Of a stretch of DNA of 64,000 nucleotides, positions 1-9,752 are shown in pieces. The position numbers were made by a program, and so were the translations under genes. The DNA is from an uncultured Chloroflexota bacterium (lineage in GTDB: Bacteria > Chloroflexota > UBA11872): NCBI GenBank assembly GCA_958296175.1, contig OY282448.1:719899-783898 (forward strand), in the 5' to 3' direction. The notes under the pieces were generated by a model that saw only the letters and a program-made list of their open reading frames with translations, made no database searches and was not told the DNA's origin. Every line of letters starts with the position of its first letter. Within the stretch, counting starts at the first letter, position 1.

Positions 1-287
1 CGCCCGACGATCTTGCCCAGCGGCTGCGCACGGCCAACGGCGGCGGGCTGCAGCTGCAGATGATCAGCAACCGCGGGGCGCAGGTCTGGCCGGTGGCCGT
101 GGCGCGCAGCTTGCTGGTGGACCACTGGCGCGCCCGCTTCACAGGCGCCAACGGCGCGGAGGTCAGCCACGCGCAAATCGCCGCGCTGCTGAGCCGTGTG
201 GGCGCCGCCGGGTTGGACTTCATCAAGACCGAAAACCTCTGCACGTTCGACGGTCAGCGCAGCTATTCGCTGGCGCAGGGGGAGTGA
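1..287 (+). CDS. icd: NADP-dependent isocitrate dehydrogenase, C-terminal part (partial, runs off window start)
   Basis: Frame is open from position 3. The end ...MISNRG..VWP..DHWR.RF...DFIKTENL.TFDG.R.YSLAQGE matches the C-terminal domain of Thermus/Rickettsia-type IDH. Confidence 0.8.
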   Translation, partial: PDDLAQRLRTANGGGLQLQMISNRGAQVWPVAVARSLLVDHWRARFTGANGAEVSHAQIAALLSRVGAAGLDFIKTENLCTFDGQRSYSLAQGE

Positions 288-294
288 GGCCGCC

Positions 295-792
295 ATGCAC
301 GCACCAACCGAATCTCCGCGCGTCGGCATCGTGATGGGCAGCACGTCCGACTGGGACGTGATGCAGCGCACTGCCGCGACGCTGGCCGACTTTGGCGTGC
401 CCTACGAGGTGCGCGTGCTTTCGGCCCACCGCACGCCCGACGAAACGGCGGTCTGGGCGCGCACGGCCGACGAGCGCGGCCTGCGCGTGCTGATCGCCGC
501 CGCCGGCGGCGCGGCGCACCTGGCCGGGGTGGTGGCCGCCCACACGCTGCTGCCCGTGCTGGGCGTGCCCATGCAGGCCTGGTCGCTGGACGGGCTGGAC
601 TCGCTGCTGGCCATGGCGCAGATGCCGCGCGGCATTCCGGTGGCCACGCTGGCCATTGGCAGCGCCGGCGCCGTCAACGCCGCCCTGCTGGCGCTGGAAA
701 TCCTGGCGCTGAACGACCCCGACCTGCGCCAGCAGCTGGCCGACTTCCGCGCCCGCCAGGCGCGCGAGATTCTGGACACCCAACTCGAATAG
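295..792 (+). CDS. purE: N5-carboxyaminoimidazole ribonucleotide mutase
   Basis: [35 protein letters not shown] motifs; ATG at 295. Confidence 0.97.
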   Translation: MHAPTESPRVGIVMGSTSDWDVMQRTAATLADFGVPYEVRVLSAHRTPDETAVWARTADERGLRVLIAAAGGAAHLAGVVAAHTLLPVLGVPMQAWSLDGLDSLLAMAQMPRGIPVATLAIGSAGAVNAALLALEILALNDPDLRQQLADFRARQAREILDTQLE

Positions 793-1065
793 AGCGCCGC
801 CGTCTGGAAACGTCCCTGCACGAGCGGGTCGGGGCCGCCGGCCGGCCGGCGGCGCAAAGGTCGACGCCGGCGCCGGACCGCCCGTGGCGGACCGAGGCGG
901 AGGTATGGGGGTAACGCCGCTCCCCACTGGGCGCCGTTCCGCCCGCGGCGGACGGGCCCTGGGATCTCGGAGAACCAGCCCGACGCGGCCACTGTGGTCT
1001 CGCCCGCGGCTGACGGGTCCTGACCTCGACGGATTCTGGACGGGGGTGAGCAGCGCCTTGGGGGG

Positions 1066-1093
1066 TTGACAGGCGCTGCCTGCTGTGTAGTAT
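1066..1093 (+). promoter_or_regulatory. sigma70-type promoter, TTGACA-16 bp-TAGTAT, just upstream of the HTH gene
   Basis: Perfect -35 hexamer and near-consensus -10 in a GC-rich background; ATG is 9 nt downstream. Confidence 0.55.
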
Positions 1094-1102
1094 GTAGGAC
1101 AC

Positions 1103-1456
1103 ATGACGCATTTCGGCGCAGTCGTTCGAGAGGAGCGCGAGCGTCTCCGGCGGCGGGATCGGCGCTTTTCCCTGCGGCAGGTGGCGCTGCGGGTCGGCGT
1201 CGAGCCGGCCTACCTGAGCAAGATCGAGCGCGGCCGGGTCCCTCCGCCCTCCGAGGCGGTCACGCGGCGGCTTGCCCAGGAGCTGGGGCAGAACCCCGAC
1301 GTGCTGCTGGCGCTGGCGGGCAAGGTGTCTGGCGATCTGCTGGCCATCATCCGCGCGCGGCCGCGGCTGTTCGCGGAGCTGCTCCGCCAGCTCGAGGAGG
1401 CGCCCGACCACGCCGTCCTCCGCGTGGTGCGCGAGGTGCGCGACGGCGAGTGGTAA
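1103..1456 (+). CDS. XRE-family helix-turn-helix transcriptional regulator
   Basis: [26 protein letters not shown] signature. Confidence 0.9.
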   Translation: MTHFGAVVREERERLRRRDRRFSLRQVALRVGVEPAYLSKIERGRVPPPSEAVTRRLAQELGQNPDVLLALAGKVSGDLLAIIRARPRLFAELLRQLEEAPDHAVLRVVREVRDGEW

Positions 1457-1503
1457 CCGAGGAACCAAAGCCCCCCGAGGCAAACAGAGGAGAACGCGCC
1501 CCC

Positions 1504-2505
1504 ATGATCACGCTCGACGACGACCGGCTGACCTTTCGGTTTCCCGACGTGCACGCGAAGGCCGTGCTGACCATCGAGCTGCAGCGCACGCTGCGCATCC
1601 CCGACCACGACGAGGGTCTCTACGGACTGCCGCCCGGCCTGGGCCGTTTCCCGCTGCGGCACCTGGACGACTACGCGGGGCGCATCCCCGCGGCGCAGCT
1701 GCGCCGCGGCGGGGTGATCACGCCCATGTACCAGGCCGAAGCCTTGTGGATCGCCTTCGAGTCGAGCGCCGACTACCCGTTCGCCGTGAAGGTCGCGGCC
1801 GGCAAGGTCTGCGCCATCAGCGGCGGCGGCTGGATGGGGCATCTCAACACCGACCCGCAGGACTACCTGGCGGCGCCCGACCAGCCCTGGCTGGACGGCT
1901 TCTGCGTGGAGGAAGGCGTGGTGCGCCAGTTCGTGGCCATGCCGCTGGGCCAGGGCTACACCGCCGAGGAGCAGCTGACCGGCGAGGCGCAGCACGGCGG
2001 CCTGCAGCTCATGGTGTTTCCCATGAAGGCGGACCGGTACGAGGACCAGTACGAGGAGCACGAGCGCGGCATGGTGATGTCCGCGCCGCCTCCTCCCGCC
2101 GCCGACATGGGCCTTGCCCCCGGCGGCCGCATGCGGCAGCAGATCTACGCGGACGACTACGGTCTGGACGCCTGGGACCAGCGCCGCTCCAGCCGCTGCT
2201 TCGTCACCATTGCCAACTCGCGCCAGTGGCTGTCCATCACCGGCGAGCGCCCTCCGACCGAGCCGCCCTCGGCGCGGGCGTACACCGAGGCCGGCCTCCC
2301 CTGGTTCGATTACTACGCCGGCGACGCCGCGGCGCTGGCGGGCGCGGACAAGCTGCACGGCCTGGCCAGCGTGGCGCAGACCGCCGCGGCCGCGGGCGAT
2401 GCGCCGCCGCCCGACAACCAACCGCTGGCCGCGCCCCGCGTCGTCACGCTGCGCCGCAGCGACACGGCCCAGGTGCGCGAACCGTCCGGCTGGGACACCT
2501 ACTGA
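1504..2505 (+). CDS. conserved hypothetical protein (QRTLRIPD / PLPPGLGRFPL / QPWLDG / RQFVAMPLG family)
   Basis: GGAG RBS and ATG at 1504; motifs recall a widespread uncharacterised family. Confidence 0.8.
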   Translation: MITLDDDRLTFRFPDVHAKAVLTIELQRTLRIPDHDEGLYGLPPGLGRFPLRHLDDYAGRIPAAQLRRGGVITPMYQAEALWIAFESSADYPFAVKVAAGKVCAISGGGWMGHLNTDPQDYLAAPDQPWLDGFCVEEGVVRQFVAMPLGQGYTAEEQLTGEAQHGGLQLMVFPMKADRYEDQYEEHERGMVMSAPPPPAADMGLAPGGRMRQQIYADDYGLDAWDQRRSSRCFVTIANSRQWLSITGERPPTEPPSARAYTEAGLPWFDYYAGDAAALAGADKLHGLASVAQTAAAAGDAPPPDNQPLAAPRVVTLRRSDTAQVREPSGWDTY

Positions 2506-2586
2506 CTAACGCCGCGCGGCGGCCGCAGGTGCGGGAAGCGCCGTCGTACGGCGATACTGTCGGGACGCGCATCCGGAGACTCGCCC

Positions 2587-3864
2587 ATGCACCGGCTGGC
2601 CATCGAGGGCGGCCCGCCCGCCGTCACCGCGCCCGTCGACGACCGGTGGGCCGACGTGACCGAGCGGGAGCGGCGCGCCGTGCTGGCGGCCCTGGAGGAC
2701 GAGAATTACGGCTACGACCAGATCGAGCGGTTCGAGGACGAGTTCCGCGCGTTCGTCGGGGCGCGCTTCGCCCTGGCGGTGTGCAACGGCACGGCGGCGC
2801 TGCACTCGGCCATGTTCGCGGCCGGCGCCGCGCGGGGGCGCGAGGTCATCGTGCCCTCGCTCACCTGGCACGCCTCCATCTCGCCGGCGCTGCACTGCGG
2901 CGCCGCGCCCGTGTTCGCCGACGCCGACCCGCAGACGTTTTGCATCGACCCCGCCGACGTGCGCCGCAAGATCACGGACCGCACCTGCGCCATCGTTGCC
3001 ACGCACGTTTACGGCGCCCCCGCCGACCTGGACGCCCTGCGTGACATTGCGGACGGCGCCGGCGTCACCCTGATCGAGGACGCCTCGCACGCCCACGGCG
3101 CGCGCTGGCGCGGACGGCCGGTCGGGGCCGTCGGGCACGTCGGCTGCTTCAGCTTGCAAGCCTCCAAACCCGTGAGCGGCATCGAAGCCGGCGTGGTAGT
3201 CACCAACGACCCGGCGCTGCACGACCGCATGGCCGCGCTGGGGCATTACGGGCGCGTGGACCGCCTGCTGCAGACCGACGCTTTCCGCGCCTTGGGCCGC
3301 GTTGGCCTGGGGGTCAAATACCGCGCCAACCCTCTGGGCATCGCCCTGGCGCGCGCGCGGCTGGCGCGGCTGCCCGACCTCAACCAGCGGCGCGCCCGTT
3401 GGTTCGCGCGGCTGGACGCCCTGCTGGACGACGTGCCCGGCGTCCATCCCCAGCAGACCTACGCCCCCGCCGAGCGCGGCGGCTATCTGATCTACGCCGT
3501 GCGCCTCGACCCCGCCGCGCTCGGCGCGCCTCTCGGCTCGATCCTTCGGGCGCTGGCCGCCGAAGGCGTGCGCGTCAACCCGGACCAACCCTCCGGCCTG
3601 TACGGCGCCATGCATCGACACCCGCTGTTCAGCGACTTCCCGTTCGACGGGCTGGGCGGCCCCTGGGGCGATCTGCCTGCGGACACGCGCCAACCCCTGC
3701 CGCCGGGCAGTCTGCCCGTGAGCGAGCGGCTCAACGCCGCGTGCGTCTGGCTCCCCACGCCCGTCGACCCCGCCGACGCCTGGGTGGCGCAGGTTGCCCA
3801 CGCCTTCGAAAAAGTGGCCGCGCACGCCCCCCGCCTCCGCCGCCTGTCCGCCCGCGGCGCATGA
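2587..3864 (+). CDS. DegT/DnrJ/EryC1/StrS family PLP aminotransferase
   Basis: NGTAALH, IEDASHAHGA, FSLQASK motifs. Confidence 0.92.
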   Translation: MHRLAIEGGPPAVTAPVDDRWADVTERERRAVLAALEDENYGYDQIERFEDEFRAFVGARFALAVCNGTAALHSAMFAAGAARGREVIVPSLTWHASISPALHCGAAPVFADADPQTFCIDPADVRRKITDRTCAIVATHVYGAPADLDALRDIADGAGVTLIEDASHAHGARWRGRPVGAVGHVGCFSLQASKPVSGIEAGVVVTNDPALHDRMAALGHYGRVDRLLQTDAFRALGRVGLGVKYRANPLGIALARARLARLPDLNQRRARWFARLDALLDDVPGVHPQQTYAPAERGGYLIYAVRLDPAALGAPLGSILRALAAEGVRVNPDQPSGLYGAMHRHPLFSDFPFDGLGGPWGDLPADTRQPLPPGSLPVSERLNAACVWLPTPVDPADAWVAQVAHAFEKVAAHAPRLRRLSARGA

Positions 3865-3928
3865 CGCGCGCGAGGCGCGGCCGCGAGGCAGCCGCCCCCG
3901 GCCTCGCGGCCCGGCCGGCACCCGGGCC

Positions 3929-5997
3929 GTGAATCGGCCGGCGCCGGCCACGCTGCCGTTTCGGGCGCGGGGCGGCAACGAACGGGCGCGGCTGGAAGTC
4001 AGGTTCCATCCGGCGGCGGGGGCCGCGGTGACGGGGCCGGATCTGCGCCTCACGGCCGGGGCGGTTGGCACCTGGGAGTTTCGAATCACCGTCCAGACGC
4101 CGGTCGCGGCCGGCGGCGGGTTCCTGTTCGAACGCTACGGGTTTCTGCTGGCGCACCGCGTGCAAGACGACCGGCCGCGGGGCCGCGACTTTGCCGTGCT
4201 GCATGCCAGCGCCGCCGCGCAGGTGCGGCTGGAGCTCAACACGCTCAACCAGTCCCACTGGCCCTCGTTTGCCCGCATCGCGGCGGCCGACGGCGCGCTG
4301 CGGCCCGGCGACGAGCTGCGGCTGCTGGTCGGCGACACCAGCCAGGGCGGGCCGGGCAGCGAGGTCTCCGACGTGACCTGCAACGGCCGTATCGTCGTGT
4401 CGATGGACCGCAGCGGCGGCCTGGACTACCGCCAGCTTTCGGGCGGCGAGGCGCGCCTGCACGTGGCGTCCGACCCCGCCCCCGCGCTGCTGCGGCTGCT
4501 CGGCCCATCCATCGCGCAGGTCGGCGAACCCTTTGCGCTGCACCTGGCCGTCTACGACCGCCACCACAACGTCTGCACGCAGTATCGGGGAACCATCGAG
4601 CTGCGCCCGGCGGCGGGTCTCCAGGGGCTGCCGCGCCGCGTGGAGCTTGGACCGGCGGACGCCGGCGCGGCCGTGATCGACGGCGTGTCGGCGTCCGCGC
4701 CCGGGCTGGTGCGTATCGAGGCGCACGACCGCGCCCGCGGGCTGTCCACGCGCAGCAACCCGCTGCGCGTGGAGGCGGCCCCGGCCGCGCGGCTGCTCTG
4801 GGGCGACCTGCACTCGCACAGTTGGGGCGACGTCAGCATGAGCCTGATGGACGACCCCACGCCGATGCTGCACCCGGCCGGCCGCCACGCCCAGGCGCGC
4901 GGCCAGGCGCGGCTGGACTTTGCGGCCCCCGGACCCATGGCGCCGCCCGATCAAGACCAGCGGCCCGCCGTCTGGCAGGCGCACCAGGACGCCCACCGCG
5001 CCAACGACCAGCCGGGCGCGTACGTCCCATTTCTGGCCGCCGAAGCGCATCCCCAGGTCGGCGGCGACCGCAACGTGATCTTTCGGGACTGGGCCGAGCG
5101 CCACGCGCCGGCCTTCGTCGACATGGACGAGCTGCTGGCGGCCTACGGCGGCCGCGAGGACGTGCTGCTGGAGGCGCACGTGGGCGGCGGGCCGGCGGAC
5201 TGGGAGGCCTACCCCACGGCGCACGAGCCGCTGGTGGAAGCGGCCAGCGGGCACGGGGCGGCGGAATGGCTGCTGCAGCGCGCCCTGCGCCACGGGCACC
5301 GGCCGGCCGTGATTGCCTCCGGCGACACCCACCTGCCCACACTGGCCGCCCCCATGGCCGCGCATCATTTTCGGGGACGCTTTCAGCGCTGGCTGCGGGT
5401 GCGCGACGCGGCCTTCGGCTGCGGGCCCGTGGCGGCGGTGCGCGCCGCGCGCTGCGAGCGCGGCGCCATTTGGCAGGCGCTGCGCGCGCGGCGCACCTAC
5501 GCCACTACCGGCGCGCGCATCATCCTGGAGGTGCGCGCCAACGGCCACCCGGCGGGCAGCGAGATCGCCCTCGACGCCGCGCCGCGCCGCTGCCGCAGGC
5601 CGCCTATTACGTGCGTCTGCGGCAGACCGACGGCGAATACGCCTGGAGCACGCCGATCTGGGCTGCATGCAGCCTGGGCGCCCCCGCCGCCGGCCGCAGC
5701 CTGCCCGCCTGGAACCGCCACGAAGCCATCGACCTGGACGCCGCGCATCCGAACGACGCCGAACCCTACGCCCCGCAGCTGCGCCAATACCTGGAGGACA
5801 ACGAGGACCCGAGATTGTTCCACCAGATCACCCCGATCCGCCTGGTGGACGAAGTCCCCGGCCGCGCCGCGCTCTTCTACGCCTACCTGGGCGGCGAGCG
5901 GGACCCGGTCTCGATCCGCTGGTACTTCGAGTTCCCCATGCCGCGCCTGCGCCTGGACTGGGGCTGGCGCGACTTTGGGATGAAGGACGGAGGCTGA
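3929..5997 (+). pseudogene. DUF3604-like PHP-fold metallohydrolase, frameshifted near 5585
   Basis: WGDLHSHS, ASGDTH and RRTYATTGARI lie in one frame. The typical terminal YYVRLRQTDGEYAWSTPIW and the C-terminus lie in another frame ending at 5997. Confidence 0.7.
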
Positions 5998-6163
5998 CGA
6001 CGGGGGCAGCCAGCGGCTCGCTGCCAGCGGCCTGCGGCCGCAAACCCACCGCTCTGTTCCGCAGGTGGTAGCCTGCCGTGACGGCCGTTCTCGGAAACGA
6101 CCGGGCGAACGGCGCATCGCGCTTGCAAACACGCAACAATCCAGGAGGGCGCGGCTTCCAGTG

Positions 6164-8710
6164 ATGACGAAACGACTCGTTCTGGCGGCGGTTGCCGTCG
6201 CCGTGCTTCTGTCTGCCGCGGTCTCCGCCGCCCTGGCGCAGTGGCCCACGACCTGCGTCGAGCTGAACGACCTCGCCGAGGCCGCCGCTGGCAACGTCGA
6301 CAACGTCGGCATCTATCAGCGCACCTACGGCGAACAGGCCGAAGCCGTGTGTCAGGCCGAACACCGCAACGACTTCTTCTTTGGCGCCCGCCCGTTCGCC
6401 ACGCCGCCCAAGACCGACCCGGCCGGCTTCACCCAGGCGTTCGTCGAGCGCGCCATCGACCGTTACAACGCCGACGGCATGCAAGCCGCGATCGACTACT
6501 ACAACGCGCCCGAGAGCATGGACGGGCGCTGGTACGTCTTCATCGTGGACGCCGACGGCGTGACGCGCGCCCACCCGAACCCGGAGATTCGCGGGCGCCG
6601 CGTCACCGACGTGCGCGGCCTGGCCGGTTACCCCAACGGCGCGCTGATCGCGGCCGCCGCCGCCGAGGGCGGCGCCTGGACGTCCGACGTGCTGACGGGC
6701 GCGGACGGCCAGCTGGAAACCAAGCACTACTGGCTCGTGCGCTACGACGGGCTGATCTTCGGCTCCGGCTGGTACGAACCCGGCCCCTCCAAGGCCGACG
6801 ACCCCGCCGCCTACACGCAGACCCTGGTGCAGCGCGCCGTGAGCCTCTACGACGCCGTGGGCCGCGACGAAACCTTCGCCCACTACGGCTCGCCGCAGAG
6901 CGTGGACGGCCCCTGGTACGTCTACGTCGCCGACGCGGAGGGCACGCTGCTGTCGCATCCCATCATGCCGGAGCTGGTGGGCGTCGAGGATCTGCGCGGG
7001 ACGGACGGCTTCCCCATCGCCCGGCAAAGCGCGGCCGCGGCCTCCGAGGACGGAGGCTGGGTGCACTACACCTGGACCAACCCGGAAACGGGCACGGCGC
7101 AGACCAAGCATTCCTGGAACGTCCTTCACGACGGGTTGATCTTCGGGTCGGGCTGGTACGAGCCTGCCCCGACCAAGGACGACCCCGCCGCCTTCACCCA
7201 GGCCTTCGTGCAGCAGGCCGTGAACCTCTACGAGGCCGCGGGCCGCGACGAAGCCTTCGCCTACTACGGCTCGCCGCAGAGCGTGGACGGCCCCTGGTAC
7301 GTCTTCGTCGTCGACGCCGGCGGCGAGCTGCTGGTCCACGCCGCGTCGCCGCAGCTGGTTGGACAAAGCCTGCGCGGCCCGCTGGGCACCGACAGCGCCG
7401 GCTACGCCTTCGGCGCCGACATCCTGGCCGCCGACGAGGCCGGGCGCTGGGTCAGCTACATCTTCGACAACCCCGAAACCGGCCAGGCAGGGCTCAAGCA
7501 TTCCTGGGTCCTGCGCCGCGGCGACCTGATCTTCGGCACCGGCTGGTACGAACCCGTCAGTGACGCCGCAGCCTTCACCCAGTCCTACGTGGCCAAAGCC
7601 GTGCAGGTGCTGGAGACCGACGGGCGCCAGGCCGTGCTCGACTACGCCAACGCGCCGGCCAGCGTGCAGGGACCCTGGTACACCTTCATCATCGACCGGG
7701 CCAGCGGCGCCATCGTGGCGCACGGCACGCGCCCGGAGCGCCTGGGCCGCACGCTGGACATCCTGGTGGATGTCTCCGGCTACCACTACGGCGCGGACTT
7801 CGCGCAAGCCACCGCTCAGGGCCGGTGGGTGGACTACATCTTCCTGAACACCGTGACAGGCGCCTACGAGCAGAAGCACTCGTGGGTGGTCGAACGCGAA
7901 GGCCTGATCATCGGCTCTGGCTGGTACGAACCCATCGACCGCGATGCCGACCCCGCGCGCTTCACCCAGGCGTTCGTGGCCAAGGCCCTGCGGCTGCACG
8001 AGACCGACGGGCGCCAGGCCGCCATCGACTACTACAACGCGCCGGCCAGCGTGCAGGGACCCTGGTACATCTTCATCATCGACAAGGCCAGCGGCGCCAT
8101 CGTGGCGCACGGCACGCGCCCGGAGCGCCTGGGCCGCACGCTGGACATCCTGGTGGATGTCTCCGGCTACCACTACGGCGCGGACTTCGCGCAAGCCACC
8201 GCTCAGGGCCGGTGGGTGGACTACATCTTCCTGAACACCGTGACGGGCGCCTACGAGCAGAAGCACTCGTGGGTGGTCGAACGCGAGGGCCTGATCATCG
8301 GCTCCGGCTGGTACGAACCCATCGACCGCGATGCCGACCCCGCGCGCTTCACCCAGGCGTTCGTGGCCAAGGCCCTGCGGCTGCACGAGACCGACGGGCG
8401 CCAGGCCGCCATCGACTACTACAACACCACCGCGAGCGTGGACGGCCCGTGGTACGTCTTCGTCGCCGACGCCAGCGGAGAGATGCTGGCCCACGCCGTG
8501 TCGCCGCAGCTCATTGGCCAAAGCCTGAGCGGCCCGCTGGGCACCGACAGCACCGGCTACGTCTTCGGCGCCGACATCCTGGCCGCCGACGAAACCGGGC
8601 GCTGGGTCGACTACGTCTTCCTGAACCCCACCACGGGCCAGGAAGGCACCAAGCACTCCTGGGTCGTGCGCCGCGGCGACCTGATCTTCGGCTCGGGGTG
8701 GTACGAGTAA
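6164..8710 (+). CDS. secreted protein with an N-terminal Cys module and six tandem single-Cache-like domains
   Basis: Signal peptide MTKRLVLAAVAVAVLLSAAVSAALA; six repeats of W-Y-x-F...GxWV.Y...K.SW....LI.G[ST]GWYE; no TM helix or output domain. Confidence 0.85.
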   Translation: MTKRLVLAAVAVAVLLSAAVSAALAQWPTTCVELNDLAEAAAGNVDNVGIYQRTYGEQAEAVCQAEHRNDFFFGARPFATPPKTDPAGFTQAFVERAIDRYNADGMQAAIDYYNAPESMDGRWYVFIVDADGVTRAHPNPEIRGRRVTDVRGLAGYPNGALIAAAAAEGGAWTSDVLTGADGQLETKHYWLVRYDGLIFGSGWYEPGPSKADDPAAYTQTLVQRAVSLYDAVGRDETFAHYGSPQSVDGPWYVYVADAEGTLLSHPIMPELVGVEDLRGTDGFPIARQSAAAASEDGGWVHYTWTNPETGTAQTKHSWNVLHDGLIFGSGWYEPAPTKDDPAAFTQAFVQQAVNLYEAAGRDEAFAYYGSPQSVDGPWYVFVVDAGGELLVHAASPQLVGQSLRGPLGTDSAGYAFGADILAADEAGRWVSYIFDNPETGQAGLKHSWVLRRGDLIFGTGWYEPVSDAAAFTQSYVAKAVQVLETDGRQAVLDYANAPASVQGPWYTFIIDRASGAIVAHGTRPERLGRTLDILVDVSGYHYGADFAQATAQGRWVDYIFLNTVTGAYEQKHSWVVEREGLIIGSGWYEPIDRDADPARFTQAFVAKALRLHETDGRQAAIDYYNAPASVQGPWYIFIIDKASGAIVAHGTRPERLGRTLDILVDVSGYHYGADFAQATAQGRWVDYIFLNTVTGAYEQKHSWVVEREGLIIGSGWYEPIDRDADPARFTQAFVAKALRLHETDGRQAAIDYYNTTASVDGPWYVFVADASGEMLAHAVSPQLIGQSLSGPLGTDSTGYVFGADILAADETGRWVDYVFLNPTTGQEGTKHSWVVRRGDLIFGSGWYE
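7613..8425 (+). repeat. near-identical 387-bp intragenic tandem duplication (Cache domains 4, 5 and start of 6)
   Basis: GAGACCGACGGGCGCCAGGCC at 7613, 8000 and 8387; intervening sequence almost identical. Confidence 0.9.
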
Positions 8711-8800
8711 CCGCCGCGCCGGGTCGAGGCCGCCTGGGCCCGGCGGCGCGCGCGGCCGCGCCGCCAGACGTCCAGGCGCGCGTCGGCTTCGGGCCCCGCC

Positions 8801-9151
8801 GTGGCTGACCCGCGCGGCGTAGTGCAGCGGCATTGGGACGCCGTGCAGTCCGGCGACTTCGACGCCATCGCCGCCGACTATGCGCCCGACGCGCGCTTCG
8901 TGCGCCCGGGCCTGACCACCGCGGGCCGCCAGGGCTGCCGCGAGTTCTTCGCGCGGCTCTTCGACGAGCTGGACGGCTTCCAGGCGCGGCAGGACTCGGT
9001 GACCGTGGACGGCGACGTCGTGCTGCTGGAATGGTCCGCCGCGCACGCCGACGGCCGCGCGGCCCGCGGCGTGGATACCTTCGTGGTGCGCAAGGGGCTG
9101 ATTCAGACGCAGACGCTGGCGTTCCACATCACGCCCGCAGCCGACGGCTAG
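8801..9151 (+). CDS. SnoaL/NTF2-like protein
   Basis: DFDAIAADYAPDA...GVDTFVVRKGLI. Confidence 0.85.
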   Translation: MADPRGVVQRHWDAVQSGDFDAIAADYAPDARFVRPGLTTAGRQGCREFFARLFDELDGFQARQDSVTVDGDVVLLEWSAAHADGRAARGVDTFVVRKGLIQTQTLAFHITPAADG

Positions 9152-9155
9152 ACGG

Positions 9156-9752
9156 ATGCCGGGCAGCGGCGTCGACGACGCCCTGCGCGCCCGCGTGCGC
9201 GCGGAGTTGCCCGAAGTCGCTCTGATCCGCGACTCCGCCCTGGCCGATCGGGTCGTGGAGGCGTGGGCGCTGGCGCTGGCGCGCAGTTCCTTCGACGCCA
9301 TCGCCGACATTCGCGCCTCGGGCAACCCCGACACCCCGCCGCTGACGCAGGGCACGCAAACCGACCACATTCGGGGCGTGACGCGCCTGGCCGTCGCCAT
9401 CGCCGACCAGCTGGTCGGCCAGTTCCCCGGCCTGGCCGTCGACCGCGACCTGCTGATTGCGGCCGCCCTCTGCCACGACGTGGGCAAGCCCTGGGAATTC
9501 GACCCCGACAACCAGGCCCGCTGGTCTTCCCAACGGGCGCGCACCGGCTGGCCGTCGATCCGCCACCCGGCCTACGGCGTGCACGTCTGCCTGACGGTGG
9601 GGCTGCCCGAAGAAGTGGCGCACGCCGCCGGCGGCCACTCCGGCGAGGGCGAGCTGATCCAGCGCAGCCTGATCAACCAAATCGTCCACCAAGCCGACTA
9701 CGCCTTCTGGAACGTGCTGCGCGCCGGCGGAATGCTAGAGGCGGACGGCTAG
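9156..9752 (+). CDS. HD-domain protein
   Basis: DHIRGV...LCHDVGK...RH...H...D pattern. Confidence 0.88.
   Translation: MPGSGVDDALRARVRAELPEVALIRDSALADRVVEAWALALARSSFDAIADIRASGNPDTPPLTQGTQTDHIRGVTRLAVAIADQLVGQFPGLAVDRDLLIAAALCHDVGKPWEFDPDNQARWSSQRARTGWPSIRHPAYGVHVCLTVGLPEEVAHAAGGHSGEGELIQRSLINQIVHQADYAFWNVLRAGGMLEADG

Noticed and set aside
793..1060. Possible structured ncRNA after purE
   Set aside because: GC-rich hairpins only; no recognisable SRP, 6S or riboswitch motif
7613..8425. Repeat pair as a diversity-generating retroelement TR/VR
   Set aside because: Copies are in-frame tandem domains, differences are not adenine-specific, and there is no reverse transcriptase in the window
5828..9544. 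1238-aa minus-strand ORF
   Set aside because: Antisense shadow of the Cache, SnoaL and HD genes; typical of high-GC DNA; no motifs
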